A stretch of DNA of 62,482 nucleotides, filler included, from Asterionella formosa (GCA_002256025.1; 4 parts of 4 records of this genome joined end to end with filler, not necessarily neighbours in it), one strand, 5' to 3'. Shown: positions 1 through 13,869, counted from the whole stretch's first letter. The notes: generated from the sequence alone by a model not told the origin. Numbers and translations are program-made.

Positions 1-35
1 GTAATTTTATTTCCTGACACCTCCCATGCTTCAGA

Positions 36-2179
36 ATGGTAGAACTGGATGGAGACCTGCTATCCACAAATGATCTAGTTGCGCACAGGGTGTCGGCGAC
101 GATTGAAGGCATGGACACTGTTCACCGCGACGCATTGGAACAACAAGGTTCAGATTCATTTGATGGCTTAACTCCACAGGAAAAGCTCATGAAGGAGGAG
201 GAACAATCCTTTTATTCAGCGTCAGAGACCGGGCAAGGAGACGACAACATATGGGGTCTTTTGAGTGGGGTGGGAGGAAACATTTATGAGTGGTAAGTTG
301 GAGTTTGTCAGGTTCCTGTTGCAGGCACATTGATGAGGATGATTTCCAAAATTTGATAGTAGATTCATAGCCAAAACAATGCTGACGACTAAGACATTCT
401 TTGATGCTGACTCTCAACTGCATTCTAATGAGTCCTTGCGTTTCACTAGTCTCCTCTGACTCTGTTTCTGTCGCTCGTTCAGGTATGACTTCGCTGTCTA
501 CGGTCTCCTTGCCCCTGAAATCGGTCATGCATTCTTCCCAGACTCATCAAAAGAGCTCCAGCTGATCAACTCATTCGGTGTTTACCTCGCTGCTTTTTTA
601 ATGCGGTAAGAAATTTGGAACTGGCACTCCTCCCACTTCTAACCTTCCAAGACTAACCCGTCCTAGACCCCTGGGAGCCATTCTGTTTGGAGAAATGGGT
701 GACAGACTCGTCGGTAGAAGGAATGCTCTTGTGTTTTCCATAGTTTTGATTACGGTACCCTCTGTTATGATGGGGTTGTTGCCAACTTATGAAATGTGGG
801 GTGTCGCTGCTCCTATCTGCCTTGTTATTCTGCGGATGTTGCAAGGACTGAGTGTTGGCGGACAATTGGCAGGAAGTTATGTAATAAGCATTGAGCAAAG
901 TTCGGCTTCCAATCGAGGATTCCGTGGAAGCATTTGCGAGGCCAGCTCGGTAGGTAATGCACCGTTTGACCCGATTCAGTATGGCCGGCCAAGTTGTGCT
1001 CACTTACACAACTTCTCACTGGCATAGGTTGGTGGATTTCTCCTTGCGTCCACTGTAACGACAATCGTGCGTAGCTTTCTGAACGAAGACCAAGTTGTTG
1101 CATGGGGTTGGCGCATTCCTTTCTGGTTTTCCCTTTTTCTTGCGCCAGTTTTGTACCATATTGTCAAGAACACTGAAGAGTCTAAGTTGTGGTCCGAGCG
1201 AAACGAGCAAAAGGAAACAGAAAAAATCATTCGCGGAAGCGAAGAAAATAGTCAACCTGCAGTCTTCGATCTCTTTGGGTCTCCTTTCAGACGTCGACAA
1301 TTGGCTGGAATGGTTGGTGTTTTGAGCGCTGTTACTAGCTCTTTTTATACTTTATTCTTGTGGACCCCTGTTTATCTGTCAGAGCTGCGTGGCGTTATGA
1401 GTCAAACCGATGCTGACTTACTCAATTTTTGCGTCGTTGGATCCTACGTTTTGCTTATCTTGATTGCAGGAAGATTATCAGATACATTTCCGCATAGGAT
1501 GGATCTTGTCCGAATCGGACTACCCGGAATCATTGTTGCCGCTCCAGTCATGTTTGGAATGTTCGAGAGTGAGAGTTGGTATGGGTATCTCTTTGGCCAG
1601 CTGCAATTTGCCATTTGTCTCTCCTTTGTACATGGGGGTATGGCAGCCTGGGAGGTCGAATTGTGGATGGCTGATCCCACCCTTTCCTTTACTGGTGTTG
1701 CTATTGGACACAACGTGGCGTCAACACTATTTGGTGGGACTATGCCCCTTGTAGCAACTTTTCTATTTTATCGTGCCAAAGCCGCAATTGGCGATAACCA
1801 AGACGCTTTCTGGCTTCGCCTGCTTCCTGGTTTATACATATCCCTACTAGGATGCATTTCTATGTATTGCATCAGCCATGTAATTCGCCACCCTCATGAC
1901 GTGCGGACAGGAGATACCAAGTTGCGAGATGCTATAGAAATTGAAAACAAGAAATTCAAGCAGGCGAAAAGGGCGAAGAAGAAGAAAAAGCAATTGATCG
2001 AGGCGCAATTGATGGAGGCCGATCAACATGGTAGGATCATCGTATGACACTTTTACTTGTTCTTAGTTTTGTCATTTCTGTTCTAATGCCGCTCTTTAAA
2101 CCGAACAGGTTATAGCTTCCAAGACCCTTCCCAGCCAAATGATTCCATATATGTGCCGCCGACAACTTCTTTCACATAG
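36..2179 (+). CDS. MFS transporter, metabolite:H+ symporter (ProP-like) family; 5 exons (36-292, 483-605, 667-949, 1028-2030, 2109-2179)
   Basis: Joining the exons at GT-AG introns gives GNIYEWYDFAVYG, AAFLMRPLGAILFGEMGDRLVGRR, LRMLQGLSVGGQ and WGWRIPF, which are MHS-family hallmarks. About 12 hydrophobic segments. The last exon is less certain. Confidence 0.9.
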
Positions 2180-2298
2180 AAACCACGAATTGGTGCTCAA
2201 TCAATATTAAAGTGTTCAGTTCCTAACTTTCATTGCAAGAATGAAAGGTCATCTCCATTTGTTGAAAAGATTATTTAGAATATTATTACTATTACAAA

Positions 2299-3651
2299 CT
2301 AACTCGAAGAGCATCTTATCGTTATAATAGGAGAAGCAACAGTTATTGGGCGTGATTTGTTTGATTCTTCATGCAACTCAAATAACCAGTGGATTACTGC
2401 ATCTTGACCGGAAATCCATTGTCGAAGGAACGAGGACTGGGCCGGGAGAATACCGTGTTGAATATATTCTTCATATTCGGTCAAGTTCGTATTGAAACTT
2501 TCAAAATGAATGATCACACCAATTGCACTTGCAGGATAGATAGTATGCGACTGAATGAGGTCACGGCCTCGGAAGCTTGGGCCCAGTGGTCCGAAATCGT
2601 TATAAGTCACCCTTAGAGCCTCGAAGTTCGCTACAAGAGAGAGCCTTCTCAATAGACTCTTCTTCCCGCATCCGATAAATGGATGGTGCGGAATTAATAG
2701 CGAGTCGTGCACAGCATTCGACCCCCCTGCATGGGGAAGGAGTGTCGCAATTCCAAGTCTGATTTGCTGCGCTGAAGTAAAATGACCGATTCGAAGTAAA
2801 CTGCTGTGAACAAGGATCCAGCATCTGTACCAAGTCGATGCAGATACTCCAACTGGGATATTCACCTCGAATTCATCCAATCCATCGGCTATCGTCAAGC
2901 AGGGCAGTTCAGATTTTATTGCTTCGATCCAATCGCTCTCAGTAGGTCCACCCTCAATGATGTTTGCAGCAGAGTGGCCCATAAGGTAGAACGCACAAAG
3001 GACATCTCCAATGTATCTGTTGAGTGTTATAGTCAATACTTTTCCACCATTTGAATGCGAACCTCCTGAAATACCATGTTTGTATCCCAGATCTTGGTGC
3101 TCTGGGTTAGATTTGACTGATTTGTCGAGAATAGTTGTATGCAACTTAAAGGGTAAAATGAGATTCTTGTGTGTCTCCAAGGTAGCTTGAAAGCTCATTT
3201 TCTCGACCGGTACATCTTTTCTTTTGATTAAATCTTCGTCGTCAGCACCTATCTCTAGGATTGCTCTTCTTAAGTTGTCAACGCATACAGCTAGAGGATG
3301 AGACACAGAAAGTGCTTTCTGCAAAGATTCGATACGATTTAGAACAGTTGGTAGGTAGTAGATGTGCTTGTTCCCATTGCTGTTCAAATTTCTTGCCGAA
3401 TCAATGGGTCCGAAAACTTTGGGATTCTCTGCAATTGATGTGTAGTAGAAAATTTGAGTAAATCTCTTTCTTCGAAGTCTGAGTTCTGGTTGGATCACAG
3501 TCAAATATTGCTTTGAAGAGCATCCGAAGGCAAAACAGTGCCGAAGTGGGAGAAAGGAAACGATCCAATGAAGACAATCAGTTGGAATCGAATGAAAGAA
3601 TACTTCGTCCATCTTTGGATTATCGACAAACATGTCCCTCTGAAGCGCCAA
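2299..3651 (-). CDS. Uncharacterised protein with an N-terminal F-box-like motif
   Basis: Uninterrupted 450-codon ORF. FHSIPTDCLHWIVSFLPLRHCFAFGCSSKQY fits the F-box pattern. The true start is probably an ATG near 3633 or 3612. Confidence 0.65.
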   Translation of the reverse strand: MALQRDMFVDNPKMDEVFFHSIPTDCLHWIVSFLPLRHCFAFGCSSKQYLTVIQPELRLRRKRFTQIFYYTSIAENPKVFGPIDSARNLNSNGNKHIYYLPTVLNRIESLQKALSVSHPLAVCVDNLRRAILEIGADDEDLIKRKDVPVEKMSFQATLETHKNLILPFKLHTTILDKSVKSNPEHQDLGYKHGISGGSHSNGGKVLTITLNRYIGDVLCAFYLMGHSAANIIEGGPTESDWIEAIKSELPCLTIADGLDEFEVNIPVGVSASTWYRCWILVHSSLLRIGHFTSAQQIRLGIATLLPHAGGSNAVHDSLLIPHHPFIGCGKKSLLRRLSLVANFEALRVTYNDFGPLGPSFRGRDLIQSHTIYPASAIGVIIHFESFNTNLTEYEEYIQHGILPAQSSFLRQWISGQDAVIHWLFELHEESNKSRPITVASPIITIRCSSS

Positions 3652-4607
3652 TGCTTCAATGCCTGCCAGAAAGTAAATACCGGTAGTAAAGTATAGGATG
3701 TGTTTTCTGTAAATTATAACATGTAGATAATATCCATTCAGCGTCAGATGCTTTCTTATGTGCCTGGTACCAGTACTGGTATGCTTACCGGCATTTCGGG
3801 AGAGTTAGGAGAAAGTTAGAATATTAATATATAAGAAATTTACGTAGTCTAGTGTACTTTATAAGTTCTCAAATCCTGCTTTACGTACAAGGTGCCGTCA
3901 AAGTTCAACATAAAAATTAAACGATTTCATTTATTACTACTAGCAGCATTTGATCCATTATTGAAGGTGTTAAGTCCTTCTTTTCATCAAGTCTCACTGT
4001 TTCCAAAGATCTGAAGGGGAAATGAAACAATTCGATGCAAGCATCACGGTTCCAGAATCAAGTCCTTGCGGGACTCTGTTCAACAGTGACCATGATGATG
4101 CCTTGATCACATTGCACAGCCGCCTCCTTCAAGCTCCTGCATAAATTAAACAACAGGAGGTTTCATTGTTACGAAGTTTCCATGGCATGATCTCAGTACT
4201 CCGAAATTATTTCCCTCTGTGACTGCTCCACAAGATGCATTGAGCTTGTAGAACTGCTGCCTCCTAATACTGATGGTATCAGATACCCTTCGTGCTATCA
4301 ATGCAGCAGCAGTAGCAGCTTGCAAAGCACTACCAGGTAGTGCTACATTGTGAAGTGGTGATGCATTTGTATACTACCGGTAGATCATGGTGGTTCTGGT
4401 ACACCAAATCCGGTCTCTGTCTACTGAGTGTGTAATGAACTATTTCTACTCGTGTATTAAGATAAAAACAAACAAACCCGCCTCTCGCATTTCGTCTGAT
4501 AACCTGAACACGAGCAATATCAAATGCAGTATTGTGTGTAGCACTCGCTAGCACCGATAAATCGGCAAGAAGAAGTTAATGCACATTATATAAGAGCACA
4601 CGGCTAT

Positions 4608-5466
4608 TTAGGAAAGTTGGTCAATCAGTGAGCTTCGCATGTCAGTGACAATGTTCGATTGCTGATGCTGTCTTCCTCTACCAGAAAGCTTGTAGATACT
4701 CTCAACGACCGAAATTTCTGTTCCAGTGGTGTCTAGTCCAACAAAGGCGGACCAATCATTACAAACCATACCTCCACCGAGAACGTCCGAACCTCGGTTG
4801 ACTGTCCCAGCAACCAAGGGCACTTGCAGTAGAGAAGAAAGCTCTTCAATATCTTCAACAGTCGTTCTTGGGTGCACCATACCTCCCTGATTTGTAAACT
4901 TGCTATAAGATCCCACCAAAGCTTGTCCCCCAACAGTCTGTCGAAAGACTTCGACTCCAAGGACATCGGCAATCACGTCTTCGGTTTCCCGATCAATGTC
5001 AGGATGAACCAAGGCAACGTGATCGTTAGTGGAGATAATATTTCCAAGAGCCGAAAGCCGCTCTTCAATTCGCTGAACCACCACACTGTCGGGTAAGGAG
5101 TTGCGCAAATGCTGCAATTCAATATCAGTCGTTGTGTTGGGAACCAACAACCCCCGTCTATTTCCGACAGTCGTTCTTCCAACAAACCGACAACCGGAAA
5201 TGGTAGCGTGAATGACTGGAATGTGATCAGAAAGTTCCGATTCGAAGACGGAGTAAAAGTTCTCTGATCCGCCGATTCCTGTTTCGTAAAGCAAACATTA
5301 TGTTAAGCAAAGGCACTCAGGCGAAGTAAACGATGGAACAGAAAAGGGAGCTGGCCTATCCCGTCGCTATCTCAATCTCTCGCTTACCTGTCAAGCAGTA
5401 GGCATTCGTCAAGGCGGAGAAGACCCCAATTTCGTTCGAGTTTTCAAATGCCAAACGAGTCGCCAT
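4608..5466 (-). CDS. EIF6: Eukaryotic translation initiation factor 6; intron 5279-5387
   Basis: [26 protein letters not shown] joins [16 protein letters not shown], followed by [13 protein letters not shown] and [12 protein letters not shown]. Confidence 0.97.
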
Positions 5467-5895
5467 GTTGATCAGTTACCTGTTGCTTTTTGTAATATGA
5501 ACAGGTGTACAAAGACTTGAGTCGTTGAATCAAGAATAGCCACACTGGCTGGTGTAAAGTCTATCCTTCCATCTATGTAGAGGCTATAAATATAGCTATA
5601 CAATATCTGCTTCCATCGAAGGAAAAAAACCCAAAACAATCATCCATCATCATACATACAAAACCAAAATTGTTGTCCGACTGGCCAACAACACATTCTC
5701 ACCCTCATAACCTAAAATAGGTTTCTGTCTATGTATGTGTCAGATGGGTGAAAAGTGAGCGTGCACGTGTGGCTAACTGGGCGCAGACGCAGACAATAGT
5801 GTTGAAGCTCCCAGCAAAAGATTTGCAGTTCAAAGTTAACCACGTGAAGATTGACATTTGCCGCCCTACCGGTACCAGGTACCTTGATCAACACC

Positions 5896-6640
5896 ATGAA
5901 GGTCTTTGCTGTCCTAGCCGCCGTCGCTGCATCGGTCTCCGCCTTTGCACCTAATGTCTCTCCATTGAGGTATGTGGAAGATTTTGATTTGTGAAGTTGG
6001 AGAAAAAGTGAATCGTACTTGTATTTATTCTTACAATGTTGCGGCCAATTGTTCCAGAACTGCAACTGCCATCAACGCAATTGATGATATGGCTGGAAAG
6101 AGCATCGAGCTTGGAAATAAAATCTTTGACCCTCTCGGCCTTGCCAATTTTGGAAGTGAGAAGACCCTCAAGTGGTTCCGTGCTTCCGAGGTCAAGCACT
6201 GCCGTGTTGCAATGGTAAGTTGCATGTGCTGAATTTTTCTTAGGAACGTATGTGCATAAATTGTAAATCGCTCAACACATTTCCAGCTTGCCACATGCGG
6301 TTGGGCACATACATGCAACGGATGGGGCAAGATTGAATACCCAGATGGTCCTCTTGGAAGTGATCCTTGGGCTGCAATGACCAACACACCTGCTATGGGA
6401 TGGGTCCAAATTTTCATTGCCGCCGGAATCGTCGAAATCCTTACCGAGACTGTCCTTGGAGAGCACTACATGAACACTGCAGATGGACACGTCAACCCTT
6501 TAATGTTTTCGGATGTTCCCAACAAGATGAAGGACAAGGAGCTCAAGAACGGTCGATTGGCCATGATTGGAATCTTCTCCTTCTTCTTGGGAAGCTTGGT
6601 GCCAGGATCCGTCCCGCTTTATCCTTCCGCGTGGATGTAG
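5896..6640 (+). CDS. Fucoxanthin-chlorophyll a/c light-harvesting protein (probably Lhcr-type); introns 5970-6057 and 6215-6286
   Basis: Presequence VSAFAP, then FDPLGL, WFRASEVKHCRVAM and KELKNGRLAMIG. Confidence 0.93.
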
Positions 6641-8899
6641 AGCACTGATTCTTTCTGTAAACAAAAAATAGCTTTGGTGACGATTGTTTCGGATCACCAA
6701 GGCAAGTGCCGGTCTAGATTGATTACGTAAAGTCTCTCTATCCGCACGATTAGAGTCATTGCGCTCAAAACGGAAATTCATTTTTAGCTTGTTATTATTG
6801 CTAAGCCTTGCATTGAATACTTTCATGCATTCCGAGATAGAAAGCTTTGCACATGCTAGCCGCCAGCATATACGACGAGCTCAGAGTGTCTTATCCACCT
6901 AGGCTCCATTCGTAGTTTGCTTCTACCAATTGTTATTCGCGTATGGGGAGATGAAAAAATTCTGATCTTTCCTGTAGTGCGACAGTTATTCAAACCCTCT
7001 GAACTGGATCCTCGTTAGGATAGATCCTTGCGGACTGCTTGTTGTTGTCGTTGACAATTCGACTGCGTAGTGGAAGACATGCAGTCGTACATACGTCATA
7101 GATCGCTCCAATATGTGTACCAGGGTATGGATTACCCGGTACCGGATATTATACTGTACTTAATATGCGACTCCCACATCATCCACTGATGGACGACATG
7201 ATCAAAATGATGTGGATGATATTTCCCTCGCTCAGATTTGACATGCCCGGTTTATGTTCGCGGATTCTTCCCCGTTAGGCTGATTTCAGTCTAATAGACT
7301 GGAATCAGTCTGGGTTTTCAATCTCGTGCCCCTAGCTCAATTCAATGGATATTTCATTTCTGAAAGGGTAATCTAAATCTCAAGATATGTAGGATTTTGG
7401 AGGTATGCATGGCAATACGCTTATAGGCTTAAAAGTTTTCAGATACATGAGAAGTCTGGTTGCCAACAAATCTCAAAAATATCTGTGCAGCATGGCACAA
7501 AAACGAAAATTAACAATGGGCAAAGGTGCCACTGTTTCATGCCTTAACATGTACATTAGCCCATCAATGTGGGTCCGCAATCATCAATGAAGTACCAGGT
7601 AAGTTGAAACTGCTACGTGGAAATTTAAGTATATAGTGCGTGCAATTTGCTGACTACCGGACCCTCCAGATAAATTCTTCTACTTGATTGGATATATTGC
7701 TTAAGCTCAGCAAAACGGAAATCATTTTTCTGTTGATCTAACGTATAAAATTAATAGTTCGAGTAGAATATTTTTTTGATCAGGCAAAATTTTTCAACCT
7801 TGATTACACACTTTATAAGTATGATCAATAACACGACATGATCATCGCCGCATTTTCATGTCACCATGATGTGATTGTTGATGATATTTACTCTGACATC
7901 TGAATTTATCAAATTTTGTCCAGTCATTTTATATGGTCAGCAGGCACTAACTGCCTGTTACCGGTAGAAAATTTCATACTTTGCTTGATTTCTTAACTGC
8001 AAAGTCAGGAATATCTGACAGCGAAGTTACTTCGACTCAATTACCGACTTGTTTGACTGCCTTTTCCTGTGAATATTTCTTTTGCTTCTCCTTGATCGTT
8101 AATCTGTAGACGCATAGCTACTAGTTGGGGTTTTTGATTTCGGTTCTATGTGGTATGATTCATTTCCCCCCTCCAAGTCCCCGTACCAGCTGCAGTCGAG
8201 TTTGCACTTAAGCCATGGATGGGAGGTAGGGAGGGTGAATTTTTATCTATTGACTATAAATTTTTGCACGGCTTGGATTCAATGATGTTGCTTTGCTGAA
8301 AGCTGATTCGAAGAATTGTGAGCTTTCTGCCTTGAAACCCTTACATGGTTGTTCGTTGGCATATTGACTCTTCCATGACCTTCTCTTGCGTGGTTTACTG
8401 TCATTCACTAGCCATTGAACCTCATCTTCATTTTTTGGCCAGACAGAATTAGCTCCCATGGTTGCTAACTCGGCCTCCACCTCAAACTTCGCTTGCTCCT
8501 AGTTTGTTTGTCGTTCCCTTGGTTTCAATGCGCGCTTCGTGCATATCCCCCTGTTTCCCTCGTCTACAATACTAATTCTGGGAATGTGGTACATACGTAT
8601 GTAAGTGTACTGTATCTATTATATACCTGTATATGTAAAGCATAATTTCACTCCTGTTGACGAGATCGTTCTCGAGCATTCCTCATTGCTCCGGCAGTAT
8701 GATAAAAACCTGCTGCCTGTGCTGTATACCGGGATACTGTATGAAATGTTGTGATGTGAATGCTGTAGGCGAGCGAAAAGATCTTTGTTGCACCAGGCAA
8801 TACTTACCAAAAACATCATAATGAAAGAAACTGTTCAATCTACACTGCGATCATAAGACCCCTTAGAACAGTCACCACCACAAACCCAAATAGGCACTG

Positions 8900-9466
8900 A
8901 TGGTTTTAACTAGCAAATCGTTCGCCCTTGGAGCTGGGTGCTACTGGGGTACCGAGAAATACATTGTGAAAGACTTTCAGAAACGCTTCCCAAACACTAT
9001 TGAGGATGCCAAGGTCGGCTTTATGAGCCCCCATGCGGACGCGCCCAAGAACCCTTCTTATCGTGCCGTCTGTTCCGGTACTACTGGTCACGTGGAAGTC
9101 CTGTCAGTTGAATTGAAAGACCCGTCTGAAGAGGTTTTCACAGAACTGATTCGCTTCTTCTTCATGTTCCATGATCCCACGACCAAGGACAGACAAGGCA
9201 ACGACGCGGGTACTCAATATGCCAGCTGGATATTCTGCGGCGATGACAAGCAATTGGAAATCGCGGAGAGCGTCAAGGCGGAGCTTCAAAAGGCTGTGAC
9301 GAGCGGCAAAGTGAATGCCTACAGTACATCAACAGTGAGTACCGAAATTGGACCTTTACGTGAGTTTTACGCAGCACATGAAGAGCACCAGGCATACTTG
9401 GAGAAGAACCCAACTGGCTACTGCAACCATCGCTACCGATTCAAACAGTGGGACGAGCTCAACTAA
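8900..9466 (+). CDS. msrA: Peptide methionine sulfoxide reductase A
   Basis: GAGCYWG active-site motif, NPSYRAVCSGTTGHVEV, HDPTTKDRQGNDAGTQYAS and FYAAHEEHQAYLEKNPTGYC. Confidence 0.96.
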   Translation: MVLTSKSFALGAGCYWGTEKYIVKDFQKRFPNTIEDAKVGFMSPHADAPKNPSYRAVCSGTTGHVEVLSVELKDPSEEVFTELIRFFFMFHDPTTKDRQGNDAGTQYASWIFCGDDKQLEIAESVKAELQKAVTSGKVNAYSTSTVSTEIGPLREFYAAHEEHQAYLEKNPTGYCNHRYRFKQWDELN

Positions 9467-10108
9467 GGGTCGCTTAGTTTTTCCGTTGATTCATCCAAGA
9501 GTATACCAGTAGACGATATTTCAATAGCCACGATCAAGGCTTATTTGTAAATCATTGATTTTAACGTAACGTTGACCTACATGGTTTATTATTGCACTTC
9601 TTTGGTTTGAACTTGGTTACTTATTTATAGCTAATACTCTAGACCTATAGTATAAACTAGACTCCAGGTATCGGTAGTACCTTTTACCGGTACTCCAACT
9701 CTCCGAACTACAAGGTGAAGAGATAAGGTTGATCTCACCGACGAACGGCCAAGCCAAAAAACCCCGGTTCGGTTCGTTCGTCTGTGCGTGATCCAGACGG
9801 GCACACCCTGAATAGTGTACAAGCTTCAAACAGCCAACGCAACAAGAATGCATGGACCGAAACACGAGGAATGCAACAACGAGAGCACCCAACCATAAGC
9901 CACGCCTGCGCGCGGGTTGTTATTCAAAACAAAGCACAAACAAGCAAACTTACTTCAAGCAGCAACGACAGAGCTCGAGGTCATTGCTTTTTTGTTTGCT
10001 TCCCCCGCGCATCGAATCGTAACTACCGGTACATAGTTGTGAGTGTCTCCATATCTAACTAAAGCTATTCTACCGGTACTTGCTGTCTCGACGCAGCAAT
10101 CAATAGCC

Positions 10109-12420
10109 ATGATGCAACCGCCAGCCTCTCCTCTTCAGCCAGTAGCGCCGCCGTCGAAGAAGCTGCGTTCGAGCAACGAAGCGCCAGTGCGAGGAGGAGG
10201 CCGCGATGCACTTTCAACGGCAACGGACGATGCCATTGCTAGAAGACGAGCGGAACTCAGAAGGTTGCAGCTGATGCGATCGGCTCAAACTCCTGGAGGG
10301 AGCAAAGTAGGAACGAAAGCTGATGACTTGATGACACAAGCTCGAACTCAGCTCAGCGGAGCTGGGAGACCTCCAGTGTTTTCAGTTCCCACGTCGGCAA
10401 ACAAGCCATCAGCCCCTGGTCCGCCACGGGGTTCGGCGATTCCCCAACCTCAGCGCTCAATCATTCGTCATAGTGATATATTTCCGAATGTCACCAAATT
10501 TGCGCCCTCGACGGAGCCACCGAAGCCAGTAGCAACACCTGCGATCCAAGACGATCTTGAATTACCTCCACCAACGTCAGAAAAGAAGGACGAATCCACC
10601 AAAAAAGTGGCTAGAAAACTAGAAACAACCTTTTCGAAGACGCCACTGGCTGGAAATGAAACCACTGTCTCTCGGCCCAAGAGCGCGCCTCCCATTCGAC
10701 CTCCAGGTCCGCCTCCCAAATTGGTTGTAGAAACTCCAATTTTGCACGACAATCGACGAACAGGCACCCCGCTGAGACCGCTTCCCATAACACCTTCAAT
10801 GCCCGGCAACGACTCGAAAAAATCTCCATTTGTAGAAACACCAGAAACCGAGGATGAAAAAGCAAAACCGCCGCCTTCCACGGTCCGTCGGGATTTCTTG
10901 CGTTCCATGCGAGACTTTGCTGATTCACCTGATACCGACAAAGCATCCAGCCAGTTGCGCATGATGCAGGAATTGAAGATGGCGCAGCAAGACAAGGAAG
11001 ATGCATTTAGGAAGGTTGCACGTTTGCAGGAACAAGTACAACAGCTTCAGAAGGAAGATCACTCAAAGAAAGAATTGGAGGTTCTTGTGGCGTTGGCAGA
11101 AGAACGGGGTGACGCAGCTGCGCTGCAATGGGCGAAGTCTCAAGTGTCCGGAATGCCCAATAAATCGAATTCGCCAACGGTAAGATACTTGAATGATGGA
11201 ATTATCCAGTATTTCATGTGAAGAGATGCTAAATATGCGCAAAATTCACTTCAGGTCGGCTTCCTTTCGCCTATGGTTGTGAATCTGAGAGCAATGAGTC
11301 CTGGTCACGCAGGTATGAGTTCTGCCTTGACTCCTTTGGCGGGACATACCCTTCGTAAGCGAATATCAACACCTCACCCCAAGCGTAAAACAGGCGAGGA
11401 AGCGAATAAGGAAAGGACATATCTAGTTGAAGCCACCAAATTGATTCCTGAAGAGTATTTCTCGCCCCTCGCGACATATGAAGTCCGAAAGCCGTACTCC
11501 ACTAACACGAACACGAAGCTGTGGAGCATGGCTGCAATGGCAAGTTCTAATCAATATCAAATGAACGCAGATGTGAGAAAGCCATTTACTTTGGAAGTGG
11601 CTGCCACGATCACCGCAGATGGAAGCATTTTGACTTTAAGTGGTGTATCGACTGTTCGTCACAAGAAGGTCATCACAAACGAGTGGAAAGTGTACGAAGA
11701 TGTTGATGATATGGATAAACCATTGGGATGTGTTATGTACCTTGACAATGAATACAACGAGAAGGAGTATTGGCTTGGTACGTATGCACTTACATTTTGT
11801 TACTTCTTGTTTTGCTGAAAGGTTAAGCTAACTATTTTGTTTCAGACGAGATTTATGAAGAAGCATTGGCAACAAGAGACACGTATTGTTCCACGTTGAT
11901 GTCAACCGCATCTGCACTGCAAGCCAACGTTATTCACGGAGCAAATCATCATCCTTTGAACGGTATGGTACGAGAAAGCGTCGAGTTGCAAAAGACGGAG
12001 GTGATCAAAGAGGTGGAAGTTATCAAGGAGGTCGAACGAGTCAGACCACATATGTGTAATGCTTCTGTTGATACAGCTGATTTGCAGCAGCCGGCACAGG
12101 CCAAGTTAGACGGAAATGGGTCGGGGAAGGCCGTTGAGGCCTCTCTGGAAACTTCGAATAAGAAAGGAGCGTCAACGCCTGAAGATGACGGCGCATCTGA
12201 TGTCTTCTCGGTCATGCTCGGTATGTTGTTCTCCACCATCTTTAGTCTGTTTTATTTGGTATTGGTGCGTATGCCAATACGAATTGTTTCATTTATGTTT
12301 TTGGCCACCATTAGTGGTGTGCTTGTGTCCATTGCATGGTTGTACTTTGCGGATGACCACGGCGCTGCAAAAATGGGAGCCGGCATGGGTTACGGGTTTA
12401 ATAGGCCGGGGATATTTTAA
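10109..12420 (+). CDS. Uncharacterised protein with a Pro/Ser/Thr-rich N-terminus, coiled coil and C-terminal hydrophobic segments; introns 11180-11254 and 11778-11845
   Basis: Three ORFs join in frame through canonical GT-AG introns. No family recognised. Confidence 0.8.
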
Positions 12421-13118
12421 AATTGAAAAATCAATTGTCTCGATTTCATTTTTTATTAGTTACTGAGGCAAGTATGACATGATAGACAAGATTTCGCGGC
12501 CTCATCGTATTGCTTCCAGGTACGAAGTCTAATATTTGGTTGATACTACCCTAATGTCGAGTTCCCCTCCTTCGGAAACGTTCGTATCAGTCTTTGATTC
12601 CATATCATAGTGTGGAGCTCAACATGAAGCTGAAATTTAACACAAACAGCAATGTCTTTCCAAAAACATAAAAATCGCTGTGAGGACAACACTTCCTGGT
12701 ACCAGGTACTGGTAGTAATGTTGTTACCAGGTTAGCGTCCCTGGGACCCTGCCTACCGGTACATGGTACCAGTTACCATACCTGGCCGGAATATATGTTA
12801 CTCGAGTACATGTTGATCGGTAGGTAACAGAGGTTACTCCTATGATACCTTTCATGCTGTCTACCAGTATGTCACTGATCACTGATATATTGGTATGATA
12901 CATCATTTCTGATGAATTTTTCAAAACAGCAGAAATGCTACAAGTAACTTATTGAAATCTGTTGAATTATTCATTCATCAAATTAAGGTGCCAGCCAGTT
13001 CTATAAGTCTTCTTCTGCCCAAGCTGTTCATGCTGGAAGCACTACATGGGTTCCCATACTAACCTAGAGTGCTTTGAGGTGCTTAAAAATGAAGTTTTAT
13101 ATAATCCACTGATTTGAC

Positions 13119-13778
13119 ATGAGTTCCTCCAAGAAGAAACACAACAATGACAATAGTGATGAGGGGCACATGTTGAGTGAACTCTCCTGCAGTTCTTCTT
13201 CTCGATCACCAAATGATGAAAACATAGTATTCTGTAGCAGTGATGCACATTGCATAAGAGAATCCTTTCTGGACCATTTCAATGTACAAGCTATTGGGAA
13301 ACAAAAAAAACCAGATGAAATCGAAAATGCGACAACAGGAAATGCTGCAACACACTGACAGCAGAAGGAATCAAAACTGTGACAACAGGAACTCATGCAA
13401 CAATGACAGCAGGAGAAATCGAAAATGGGATGACAGGAGAAACCGATAAAGCAACAACAGGAACAACTGCAAATGAGACAAGAGGAAAATCAAAAATGCC
13501 ACAACAACAGGAAAAACTGCAAGAAGACAATAGCAGCAGCCAACTGCAAATGAGACAAGATGAGAAATCATGGAAAAATGACAGCAGTACCAACTGCAAC
13601 AAGATATCACCATCAACAAAAGCAAAGGATGAGACAAGATGAGAAATCAAAAATTCAACAAAAGGAGCAAACAAAAATAATTGGACTCATGGGAAAACAT
13701 CCCAGAAAAGAAGGATCATATGACATGACAGATGAGAAATACAATGACATTTTTTCATGTAATTCAAACCTGGGCTGA
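13119..13778 (+). other. Low-complexity A-rich degenerate coding-like tract (T/E/K/Q-rich), probably a decayed transposon ORF
   Basis: Repeated GACAACAGGA-like units in short broken ORFs. Followed by a repeat shared with 61569-61640. Confidence 0.3.
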
Positions 13779-13869
13779 TCAAGAGATATGCAGATATTTC
13801 CAGCCTGCTTGTTATTTTCTTATCTAAAGTAGCTATACAGTGGAATTGAAGACAGATTTTGAGGGTAAG

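Noticed and set aside
293..482. Unusually long first intron of the MFS gene, with TGATGA and CTGA boxes suggesting a C/D snoRNA
   Set aside because: I could not identify a terminal stem or a convincing rRNA-complementary guide. A snoscan or Rfam search would be needed.
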